Shown here piece after piece: positions 10,054 to 18,088 of a stretch of DNA of 64,000 nucleotides (within the stretch, counting starts at the first letter, position 1; each line of letters begins with the position of its first letter). A model generated the notes under the pieces. It was given only the letters and a program-made list of their open reading frames with translations. It was not told the DNA's origin and searched no databases. The stretch lies in the NCBI GenBank assembly GCA_965229325.1, contig OZ245873.1, positions 914,716 to 978,715 of the forward strand, written 5' to 3'. The DNA is from Kaistia sp. Lineage in GTDB: Bacteria; Pseudomonadota; Alphaproteobacteria; Rhizobiales; Kaistiaceae. The position numbers and the translations under genes are program-made.

Positions 10054-11076
10054 ATGAAACGTTGGATCGTGCCTGCAGGCGCTGCATCGATTGAGGACCT
10101 GGAGTTGGAGACCGTTCCGATGCCGGAGCCGGGCTCAGGGGAAGTTCAGATCAAGATCCATGCGGTCTCGCTGAACCGCCGGGACGAGCTCTTGGTGCGG
10201 GGCGCCTATGGGCCCACGCCGACGCCTTTCGTGGCGGTGTCAGATGGTGCCGGCGAGATCGCCGGGCTCGGCGCGGACGTGGCCGGTTGGTCGATCGGGG
10301 ATAGGGTCACGCCGCACTATTACCCGAGCTGGAACGATGGGCCGCCAGCGACGAATCAGGGGTGGGGGCTGGGGTCTCCAGGTCAAGACGGCGTCCTGTC
10401 CGAATATGTCGTCCTGCCGGCATCGAGACTGAGCCTTGCCCCTCAGACCCTCTCCTTCGAGGAAGCCGCTTGCCTGCCCTGCGCCGGCCTGACGGCATGG
10501 ACCGCGCTCAACGGCAATCGTCCCTACACGCGCCAGATCGGCCCGGAGGACCGGGTGCTGGTCGTCGGGACGGGAGGTGTCTCGCTGCTCGCCCTGTTGA
10601 TCGCAAAGGCAGCCGGTGCGGAAGTTGTTGCGACCACTCGCTCGCCATTGAAGATCGAGAAGGTCAAGCAGCTAGGTGCCTATGGCACGCTGGACATGAA
10701 CGGATCGTCGAACTGGGGCGAGATCGCCGCCGAGCGGTTCGGCGGTTTCACAAGGGTCGTCAACGCCGCAGGCAGCGCTGCGCTCGATCAGTCGATCCTG
10801 GCGCTCGCATCAGGCGGCGAAATCGCATTGATGGGTCTCTTCGAGCATGCCTCCACATCGCCGGACTTCATCCAGCTGATGATGAGGGGCGGCGCGATCC
10901 GTGGCATCTCCGTTGGAAGCGCGATGGCATTCCAGGATCTGGTTGCCTTCGTCGATAAGCACCGCATTCAGCCGCCGATCGCCGAAACCTTCGCATTCGA
11001 TGACGCGCGTGCCGCGTATCGATCGGCGGCTGGCAGCGATCACATCGGCAAGGTTGTGATCCGCGTCGCGTCGTAA
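10054..11076 (+). CDS. NAD(P)-dependent Zn-binding (MDR) oxidoreductase
   Basis: PEPGSGEVQIKIHAVSLN, SDGAGEI, EEAACLPCAGLTAW, GTGGVS Rossmann motif, GKVVI end; divergent from Rrf2. Confidence 0.9.
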   Translation: MKRWIVPAGAASIEDLELETVPMPEPGSGEVQIKIHAVSLNRRDELLVRGAYGPTPTPFVAVSDGAGEIAGLGADVAGWSIGDRVTPHYYPSWNDGPPATNQGWGLGSPGQDGVLSEYVVLPASRLSLAPQTLSFEEAACLPCAGLTAWTALNGNRPYTRQIGPEDRVLVVGTGGVSLLALLIAKAAGAEVVATTRSPLKIEKVKQLGAYGTLDMNGSSNWGEIAAERFGGFTRVVNAAGSAALDQSILALASGGEIALMGLFEHASTSPDFIQLMMRGGAIRGISVGSAMAFQDLVAFVDKHRIQPPIAETFAFDDARAAYRSAAGSDHIGKVVIRVAS

Positions 11077-11234
11077 CTGCTGAACGGGGCGGCGTATCAT
11101 GACACTGTCCAGCGGCGCGAGGTGTTTGCCTTGAACGAGCCGATCGGTGCGACCGCGCCAGTGTTCAGGACCGCCGCCACACGGGGCGCAAATCCGCCGT
11201 GAGTGGGCAAGACTTGGAGGTTGCGAGGGGGAAA

Positions 11235-11255
11235 TGGCGGAGAGGAAGGGATTCG
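11235..11255 (-). other. Putative prophage att core: displaced 3' end of a tRNA-Ser
   Basis: Reverse complement CGAATCCCTTCCTCTCCGCCA = T-loop, T-stem, acceptor 3' strand CCTCTCC, discriminator G and CCA; no 5' tRNA half present. Confidence 0.8.
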
Positions 11256-11334
11256 GAACGACAGCGACCTGCCGTCGAAAATGAGCATCTGCTTGGAGAT
11301 CGAGAGGCGATCAGCGGCGAGACTGGCGCGGATG

Positions 11335-11356
11335 CTGGTACAAAGCCTGATACACA
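11335..11356 (+). repeat. Candidate integrase arm-type direct repeats
   Basis: CTGGTACAAA (11335-11344) and CTGATACACA (11347-11356), 80 bp inside the att core. Confidence 0.45.
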
Positions 11357-11428
11357 GCGTCGGCCGGTCGATGCCTCGGGGCATTGATGCGCTCGCTGAG
11401 CGCGCGCCGTCAAGAAACTCTTGATGGC

Positions 11429-11448
11429 TTGTGGTCAATGTGCCACAA
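11429..11448. promoter_or_regulatory. Inverted repeat TTGTGG-N8-CCACAA at the head of the late region
   Basis: Perfect 6-bp arms (contains TGT-N12-ACA), followed by GATGAT (-10-like) at 11461. Confidence 0.4.
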
Positions 11449-11530
11449 AACCGCCTGTCAGATGATGGGCTGGCGAATTGCGTCGCGGTTTCGCTTCAAC
11501 GATTCGACCGACCCTCTCTCAACCAATTCG

Positions 11531-11557
11531 AAGCCGGGCCCAGCGCTCGGCTTTTTT
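11531..11557 (+). terminator. Intrinsic terminator in the late leader
   Basis: AAGCCGGGC-CCAGC-GCTCGGCTT stem running into a T6 tract. Confidence 0.65.
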
Positions 11558-11683
11558 GATTCTTGCCCGAAACCGGGGGTTTGGCGGCCCCCGGCTCCTC
11601 GGCCGGATCGGACCGCGGCAACAGCAGGGCCGGCCGTGGCGCGGCCGGCCCTGTCTTCCAACGGCCACGACGGCGAAGGGTCC

Positions 11684-11917
11684 ATGAGCAGCATCTCGAT
11701 CAACGGCCGAATGGTGGTCGTCGTCGAGAAGAAGCTTGGCCGTCGCACGATGCCGGTCCCCGTCGATCGCCGCCGCGAGCTCGCTCAGAAGCTTGCGTCG
11801 ATCGAGGAGCGCATCAGCCGCCTAACCGTGTCCCGGCATGATCCGGAGCGGTTCTTCGTCCAGCGATCCGAGATCTCCGACGACCTTCGGCGCGTGATCT
11901 CCGATCTGCAGCCCTGA
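11684..11917 (+). CDS. Phage hypothetical protein
   Basis: 77 aa, GAAGGG RBS, helical C-terminus; first ORF of the late-strand cluster. Confidence 0.6.
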   Translation: MSSISINGRMVVVVEKKLGRRTMPVPVDRRRELAQKLASIEERISRLTVSRHDPERFFVQRSEISDDLRRVISDLQP

Positions 11918-12071
11918 CCATTTGGCTTCGACACGGCGCGTCACCGCCTGACCGATTTCGTTCTGCGTCTCGGTCTTCGCCTTGGTGGCCGCCCGGGGTC
12001 CCGCCGCCTCACCGCCTGCCGAGCAGGCTGGCCTGCGCTGGCGCGCCGTGTCGGACAACTCTGGAGACCAT

Positions 12072-12329
12072 ATGCGCAGAGCTTCTCTTGCTGCCGCGAT
12101 GCTTGCGGCGTCCGGCCTTTTCGCAAGCATGGGAGCAGGCGTCAGCCTGCTTCGCGCTCCGGACATCGGCATGCCCGCCGAGATTACGGCCAAGCCCTCC
12201 CGCCCCTCCCGGCGCAAGCGCTATTGCAGCGGCACGAGGTGGTTCGGCCAGGGCGAACAGGAACGGGCGCGTCGCCGACGCCAGATCGCGGCCGGCCAGC
12301 TCACGGCTGCCAACGGGCTTATCGTCTAG
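12072..12329 (+). CDS. Phage hypothetical protein (hydrophobic N-terminus, Arg-rich C-terminus)
   Basis: GGAG RBS; MRRASLAAAMLAASGLFA...ERARRRRQIAAGQL. Confidence 0.55.
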   Translation: MRRASLAAAMLAASGLFASMGAGVSLLRAPDIGMPAEITAKPSRPSRRKRYCSGTRWFGQGEQERARRRRQIAAGQLTAANGLIV

Positions 12330-12474
12330 TCGAGGAGCGCTCGCCGGCATTGCGGAGCGGCCGTTCTGCTCGGCGAGGCGGGCGGCCGAACGACGGGGAT
12401 CAGTCAGCATGAACAGGGTCAGTCTCAGGCCGTGATAGTGATCACGCTCGGACAATCCAGGCGCTGAACGACTC

Positions 12475-13227
12475 GTGGCCAACGACCTCTTCCACAAGGG
12501 AAACCTTGCCTCCGGCGGCTGGATCGAGAACGGCGGTGTCCGCTTCGACCTTAGCGACTTCGAGCGCCTGACGGCGAAGCTCGGAGGCGCCGCCGATCAG
12601 CTCCCCTTCGCGCTCGCGAATGCGATGTCGCGGGCAGCCTTCGTCCTGCGCGACGTCATGACGGACGACGTCTGGCCGTCGCACGTGACGACCAGGAACA
12701 AGCGTTTCCTCTCTGCGGCGCTCAGGGTCGAGAAGGCCACGAAGCGAAAGCTAAGCGTGGCTCTCTACGACAGCATTGGGCGCGGGCACCTTGCGCTACA
12801 CGCCCGCGGCGGCATCAAGCGGTCGAAGAAGCGCCTCGCCATTCCGCCGACGGGCGCCGTCCGTCGCACGGCCAAGGGTGTCTCGAAGAGCCAGAGACCG
12901 CGCGCCATCATCGACACCACGCCGAAGCGCGCCCTCCGCGTGCTTCCGCACGGCATTTTCGTCGGCAAGGGCGGCCGGCTGCATCTCGTCTATGCGTTCA
13001 GCAAGCTGGCTCACCAGGAGGCGGACGTCCCGTTCGACCACGCATGGAACACCATTTATCGCGCTCAGGCGCGGAAGGAGTTTCCGCGAGCGCTGCAGTT
13101 GGCCATGGCGACGAAGCGCGTCACAAGCCGCTACGACAAGGAACTTGCGAAAGGCCGTCGTCAGATCAAGACGAAGGGCGTCCACGGCAACAGCGGCATG
13201 TTCAGAGGTTCAGCTGTCGTCCGCTGA
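12475..13227 (+). CDS. Basic phage protein, possibly lambda gpZ-like tail completion protein
   Basis: ERLTAKLGGAADQLPFALANAMSRAA N-terminal pattern and high Lys/Arg content; no gpZ-like gene in the head-tail block. Confidence 0.5.
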   Translation: MANDLFHKGNLASGGWIENGGVRFDLSDFERLTAKLGGAADQLPFALANAMSRAAFVLRDVMTDDVWPSHVTTRNKRFLSAALRVEKATKRKLSVALYDSIGRGHLALHARGGIKRSKKRLAIPPTGAVRRTAKGVSKSQRPRAIIDTTPKRALRVLPHGIFVGKGGRLHLVYAFSKLAHQEADVPFDHAWNTIYRAQARKEFPRALQLAMATKRVTSRYDKELAKGRRQIKTKGVHGNSGMFRGSAVVR

Positions 13228-13254
13228 TTCACGTTGCACCCAACAGGTATCGAT

Positions 13255-13536
13255 ATGCCAACGTCTCAGAACTTCCGAAACCTCACCGAGGTCCACGTCA
13301 ATGAGCGCCGGGTGAGCTGCACGTTCGATCGCGCCGACGTACGCCGCCTGGTCGCGGAAGCAGCGGCCGACGCCGCCGGCGTCAGCCTCGACAGCCCGGG
13401 TGTGGACTTCGACGTCAAGTTCGAAGATCGTATCGACGGAACGCTCGCCTATCGCGGCGGCACCGGCGCCGAGGTGACCATCACCATCGATGTCACCGCC
13501 GGCGTTCCCGACCCGGATCCGGTCGCGGCCGGCTGA
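13255..13536 (+). CDS. Phage hypothetical protein
   Basis: 93 aa with AGGT RBS and phage-like codon use, immediately before cos. Confidence 0.6.
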   Translation: MPTSQNFRNLTEVHVNERRVSCTFDRADVRRLVAEAAADAAGVSLDSPGVDFDVKFEDRIDGTLAYRGGTGAEVTITIDVTAGVPDPDPVAAG

Positions 13537-13595
13537 ACCGGCCCGGTCCCGCTCCGTCGACTTCCGGGCGGGCCCGCCGCCCCCCCCACCCCTTT

Positions 13596-13696
13596 GGGTC
13601 CTCCGCCGCCCCACCCCCTCGGGGGGGTACGCGCGACCCCGGAGGCTCTGCGGGCGCGGGGTCCCGAAAACCGGGTAACAAGGTAACAGGGTAACA
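13596..13696 (+). other. Putative cos packaging site
   Basis: GGGTCCT (identical to lambda cosQ) at 13596; GCGACC-containing cosN-like segment about 13628-13639; three tandem RGGTAACA octamers at 13673-13696 just before terS. Confidence 0.6.
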
Positions 13697-13705
13697 GCCC
13701 GCCCG

Positions 13706-14404
13706 ATGCCGAAACGCGATCCGGGGTTCGTCAGCCAGGCGGAATACGGCCGCCACCGCGGCGTTTCGCGGAAGACGGTAACCGGCTGGAAACAAAAGGG
13801 TCTTCTGATCCTCGACGGCCATGGGCGCGTCGACATCGCGATGACGGACGCGGCGCTCGATGAGCGACCTCCGACCTATCGCGGCGGCGTTACCTCCGCA
13901 CGGAAGGGTAACAGTTCGGCGTCTCGACGCGGCAAGGTACCTGAAGAACCTGCAGGCGGCCGGCGTCAGGTACCCGCGCAGCGCGATCCAGTGCCGGAGG
14001 ATCTCGCCGACGACGAGTTCGATGGGGCGCCGGTCGACCTGTCCGAGTTCGGCATCGAGATTGCCGGCGGCTGGTCGCTGGCCGAGGCCTCGCGGGTCAA
14101 GGAGATCTACCTCGCGCTGAAGCGGCGCCAGGACTTCCTCCTTGGAGAGAAGCTGCTAGCCCCGATCGAGGACATCGCGCAGCAGGTCGAAGCCGAATAC
14201 GCGATCGTGCGCGAGCGGCTGCTCGGGATCCCGGGCAAGCTCGGCGCCTCGCTCGTCGGTCTCGACCAGGCGGCGATTGAGATCGCGCTCGAGGAAGAGA
14301 TCAGCGAAGCGCTCAGGGAATTGCATGAACCAGGCGTCGACCGGTCGGCCGGCGATGGTGGAGAGGCTCGCCGGCCGTCTACGGACAGCGAGGCAGGCGC
14401 TTAG
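13706..14404 (+). CDS. terS: Terminase small subunit (Nu1-like)
   Basis: N-terminal wHTH SQAEYGRHRGVSRKTVTGWK; C-terminal VRERLLGIP..IEEEISEALREL; overlaps terL. Confidence 0.88.
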   Translation: MPKRDPGFVSQAEYGRHRGVSRKTVTGWKQKGLLILDGHGRVDIAMTDAALDERPPTYRGGVTSARKGNSSASRRGKVPEEPAGGRRQVPAQRDPVPEDLADDEFDGAPVDLSEFGIEIAGGWSLAEASRVKEIYLALKRRQDFLLGEKLLAPIEDIAQQVEAEYAIVRERLLGIPGKLGASLVGLDQAAIEIALEEEISEALRELHEPGVDRSAGDGGEARRPSTDSEAGA

Positions 14405-16352
14405 GCCGCCGCCGCGGCTCAATCTCATCGAATGGTCGGACACGTTCCGGCACGTGTCCGCAAAGACGTCGGCCTCGCCTGGTCGTTGGAAGACCAGCTC
14501 GCAGCCTGTTGCCTACGGGCCGTTCTCCGCTGTCACGGCGCGCGACACGCACACCGTTACCGTCATGGCGGCGACGCAGGTCCTCAAGACCGAGCTCGAC
14601 ATCAACGTCGCGCTCTACTTCATCCACCAGGATCCGTCACCGATCCTATTCGTCCAGCCGACGCAAGGTGCGGCCGAGGCGTTCTCAAAGGAGCGCATCG
14701 AACCGACGATCGAGGTCAGCCCTGATATCCGGGCAGCCCTCGCACCCTATGCGGCGAAGTCGACGATCACGCACAAGGAGTACAAGGGCGGCTCGATCGA
14801 TTTCGTCGGGTCGAACAGTCCGACCGATCTCGCCTCGCGCCCGAAGCGCGTCATCATCGAAGACGAGATCGACAAGTATCCGGCTTCGGCTGGCAAGGAA
14901 GGCGACCCGCTCAAGCTCGCCGAAGAGCGCGCCTCGACATATCGCGCGATCGGCCGCGCCAAGTTCATCAGAACCTGCTCGCCGACCGACGAGGACACCT
15001 CGCGCATCGGCCGCGAATACAAGGCGAGCGACCAGCGCCGCTGCTTCGTGCCGTGCCCGCATTGCGGCCACCGCTTCGAGCCGCTATGGCGCCACGTTGT
15101 CTGGGACAAGGACGTCAATGGCGAGAACGTGCCGGCGAGTGCCGGCATCGCCTGCCCGGGCTGCGGCGCTGTTTGGTCGGAGGGCGACCGGTTTCGCGCC
15201 CTCGATGCGCTGGCGGATCTGCCGGACTACGGCTGGCGCCAGACGCGGGTCTTCACCTGCTGCGGCGAGCGGCAGTCGCCTGAACTCTGGGACGATTGCG
15301 GCCGTTCGAGCTGCAAGAAGTGCGGCGGCGCGTCGACCTATGGTGGCCACGCCGGCTTCGTCGTCTCGAAGCTGATCTCGCGCCGCCATCGGCTGGCGGA
15401 CGTCGTTACCGAGTTCCTCGACACCGACGGCGATCCGGAGGCGCTCAAGAAGTTCGTCAACACGGCGCTTGCCGAACTCTGGCGCCCGATTGGTCACGAG
15501 ACCTTCGACGGTTCGGGGCTCATCGCCCGCGCCGAGGTCTACGGGCCCGAGGACCTGCCGAAGGCGGTGAAGGTCATCACCGGCTTCTGCGACGTGCAGG
15601 GCGATCGCCTCGAGGTCCAGCTGATCGGCTGGGGCTCGGAGGAAGAGTGCTGGCCGTTCCTCTACGAGGTGATCCACCAGGATCCTTCGCAGGCGGCCGC
15701 GTGGCGCGAGCTCGACGCGCTGCTGCGCCGTTCGTTTCGGCGCGTGGATGGCAGCGTCCTGCGGATCGCGGCCTTCGGCATCGACGCCGGCGGCCATCAC
15801 GGCGCGCAGGTCTTTGCCTTCACGCGGGTCCGGCGGAAGCGCCGCGTCTTCGCGACCTATGGCCGGAACGGCAACCTGCCGCTCTGGCCGGCGAATTTCC
15901 GGAAGACCAAAAAGGGCGAGGTGTTCTGGCCCATCGGCGTCGACACCGGCAAGGAGGCGATTTACACGCGCCTCAAGATCCAGCCGCCCGAGGATGGCGG
16001 CAGCAAGCCGGGTTACATCCACTTTCCGGCCGCCGAAGGTTTCGGGCCCGGCTACTTCGAGCAGCTGACGGTCGAGCGGCGCATCACGCGCCGCCGCGCC
16101 GGCCGGGTGATCGCGATCTGGGATCTGCCGAAGGGCAAGCGCAACGAGGCGCTCGACACCTTCGTGGGCGCGCTGGCAGTCAGGAAGTCCCTGCCCCGCC
16201 GGCTCGATGCCTCGCTCGAGTTCGATCTCAACGCCGACGCCGATCCGGCGCCGGCCGAACCGCCGCCGCCGCCTCCGCGGCCGGCCGCTCCACCGCGTCA
16301 GGACGACTGGCTCGGCGGCAGCGATCTCAGCACTCCCGGGAAATGGCTATGA
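14325..16352 (+). CDS. terL: Terminase large subunit (lambda GpA family)
   Basis: PGRWKT, TQVLKTE Walker A-like, DEIDKY Walker B, CPHCG Zn finger, DVQGDRLEVQ, RNEALDT nuclease motif; start could be 14355. Confidence 0.95.
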   Translation: MNQASTGRPAMVERLAGRLRTARQALRPPPRLNLIEWSDTFRHVSAKTSASPGRWKTSSQPVAYGPFSAVTARDTHTVTVMAATQVLKTELDINVALYFIHQDPSPILFVQPTQGAAEAFSKERIEPTIEVSPDIRAALAPYAAKSTITHKEYKGGSIDFVGSNSPTDLASRPKRVIIEDEIDKYPASAGKEGDPLKLAEERASTYRAIGRAKFIRTCSPTDEDTSRIGREYKASDQRRCFVPCPHCGHRFEPLWRHVVWDKDVNGENVPASAGIACPGCGAVWSEGDRFRALDALADLPDYGWRQTRVFTCCGERQSPELWDDCGRSSCKKCGGASTYGGHAGFVVSKLISRRHRLADVVTEFLDTDGDPEALKKFVNTALAELWRPIGHETFDGSGLIARAEVYGPEDLPKAVKVITGFCDVQGDRLEVQLIGWGSEEECWPFLYEVIHQDPSQAAAWRELDALLRRSFRRVDGSVLRIAAFGIDAGGHHGAQVFAFTRVRRKRRVFATYGRNGNLPLWPANFRKTKKGEVFWPIGVDTGKEAIYTRLKIQPPEDGGSKPGYIHFPAAEGFGPGYFEQLTVERRITRRRAGRVIAIWDLPKGKRNEALDTFVGALAVRKSLPRRLDASLEFDLNADADPAPAEPPPPPPRPAAPPRQDDWLGGSDLSTPGKWL

Positions 16353-16561
16353 CCGACTACACGGCCGAGATCGCGGCGCTCGAAGAGGCGATCGCGAGCG
16401 GAGCGACGCGCGTCAGCTATGACGGCAAGTCGGCCGACTACGACTCGCTCGACGGGCTGCGCCGGCGGCTGGCCTGGCTCAACGGCCGCCAGCAGCAGTC
16501 GGTGACAGGCAGGCGCCGCCCGGCTGCCGGGTTCGCCGGCTTCGATCGGGGCGATCGTTGA
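16349..16561 (+). CDS. Head-tail joining protein gpW-like
   Basis: 70 aa between terL and portal; IAALEEAIASGATRVSYDGKSADY. Confidence 0.85.
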   Translation: MTDYTAEIAALEEAIASGATRVSYDGKSADYDSLDGLRRRLAWLNGRQQQSVTGRRRPAAGFAGFDRGDR

Positions 16562-18069
16562 ACTGGATCGACGCCGCCGTCGCGCTGGTCGCGCCGCGCG
16601 CGGCGCTCGATCGCACCAAGGCCCGCGCGGCGCTGAAGGCCTATACCCGCTCCTATGACGGGGCGGCACAAGGCCGGAACACCGATGGCTGGCGGACCGC
16701 AAGCACCTCGGCCGATGCCGAGATCGCGTCGGCGGGTCCGCGGCTACGGGATCGCTCGCGAGATCTGACGCGAAACAATCCCTACGCCGCGCGCGCCGTT
16801 TCGGCATGGGTCACCAATCTGATCGGCGAAGGCATCATGCCGTCGCCGGCATCGACGGACGACAAGCTCAACACGCTGGTCGCAGCGGTTTTCGCCGAAT
16901 GGGCGCCCGTCTGCGCAGCCGACGGACAATATGATTTTGCAGGCTTCCAGGGCCTGATGGTCCGGGAGATGGTCGAGGGCGGCGAAGCGCTGACGCGTCG
17001 ACGTTTCCGCCGCGACACCGACGGGCTGCCGGTTCCGCTGCAGCTCCAGATCCTTGAAGCCGACTTCCTCGACAGCGCCAGGACCGGGCCGCAGTCGAAC
17101 GGCAACACGGCGATCCAGGGTGTCGAGTTCGACCTTCGCGGGCAGCGCGTCGCCTATTGGCTGTGGGCCGAGCATCCCGGCAACAGCTTCGTCTCCTATG
17201 GCACTCGGCTGCTTTCGAGCGCCGTGCCGGCCAGCGAGATCTTGCATCTCTACGAGAGCCAGCGGGTCCAGGCGCGTGGCGTTCCGTGGTCGGCGCCGGT
17301 CATCCGCCGGCTGCGCGACCTCGACGACTACCAGTTCGCCGAGGGTGTCCGGAAGAAGATCGAGTCGTCCATGGTCGGCGTGGTCGTCGGCGAGGACGAG
17401 GATGAGGGAATCAACACCGCCGATCCGTCTGAGCCGTCGCACGCCCGCGTGGTCGACGGCCGCGGCAATCTCCTCGAGCGCTTCGCGCCGGGCATGTTCG
17501 CCTATCTGCGCGGCGGCAAGGACATCAAGTTCAACGCCCCGGCTGCGGTCGCGGGCTTCTCTGAATACGAAACCACGGCGCTCCGAGCGATCGCCTCGGG
17601 CTGGCGGCTGCCCTACGAGCTGCTGACCGGCGACCTCTCGAAGGTGAACTTTTCCAGTTCCCGCCTTGGCCTCATGGAGTTCCGCCGGCTGGTGCGGATG
17701 CTGCAATGGCAGCTGATCATCCCGGTACTGCTCGATCCGATCTGGCGCTGGTTCTGCGAGGCAGCCTATCTCGCCGGCCGAATTCCGGTGCCATACGTGC
17801 CGGTCCAGTGGTCGCCGCCAAAGTTCGACTGGATCAACCCCGTCGACGATGTCCGCGCCGCCCAAATGGCAATGCGCTCCGGCCTTCGATCACCGCAGGA
17901 GGTGATCCTCGAATCCGGTCGCGATCCGAAGAAGCTGATTGCTGAGTTCAAGCAGTGGTTCGCGCTCGTCGACCAGGCCGAGCTCATCTTCGACAACGAC
18001 GCCCGCAAGGTCAGCCAGGCCGGCCTCGCCCAGACACAGACGCCGGGCGCGGATACCGGCGCCGGCTGA
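16558..18069 (+). CDS. Portal protein, lambda family
   Basis: SADAEI..LRDRSRDLTRNNPYA, RGVP, LPYELLTGDLSKVNFSSSR, WINPVDDV motifs; TTG start. Confidence 0.95.
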   Translation: MNWIDAAVALVAPRAALDRTKARAALKAYTRSYDGAAQGRNTDGWRTASTSADAEIASAGPRLRDRSRDLTRNNPYAARAVSAWVTNLIGEGIMPSPASTDDKLNTLVAAVFAEWAPVCAADGQYDFAGFQGLMVREMVEGGEALTRRRFRRDTDGLPVPLQLQILEADFLDSARTGPQSNGNTAIQGVEFDLRGQRVAYWLWAEHPGNSFVSYGTRLLSSAVPASEILHLYESQRVQARGVPWSAPVIRRLRDLDDYQFAEGVRKKIESSMVGVVVGEDEDEGINTADPSEPSHARVVDGRGNLLERFAPGMFAYLRGGKDIKFNAPAAVAGFSEYETTALRAIASGWRLPYELLTGDLSKVNFSSSRLGLMEFRRLVRMLQWQLIIPVLLDPIWRWFCEAAYLAGRIPVPYVPVQWSPPKFDWINPVDDVRAAQMAMRSGLRSPQEVILESGRDPKKLIAEFKQWFALVDQAELIFDNDARKVSQAGLAQTQTPGADTGAG

Positions 18070-18088
18070 CATCGAGAGAGAGGCAAAC

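Noticed and set aside
11235-11260. Functional tRNA gene
   Set aside because: Only the 3' 21 nt are present; no D-arm or anticodon arm
11097-11438. 113-aa minus-strand ORF
   Set aside because: Spans the att site and arm repeats; no recognisable domain
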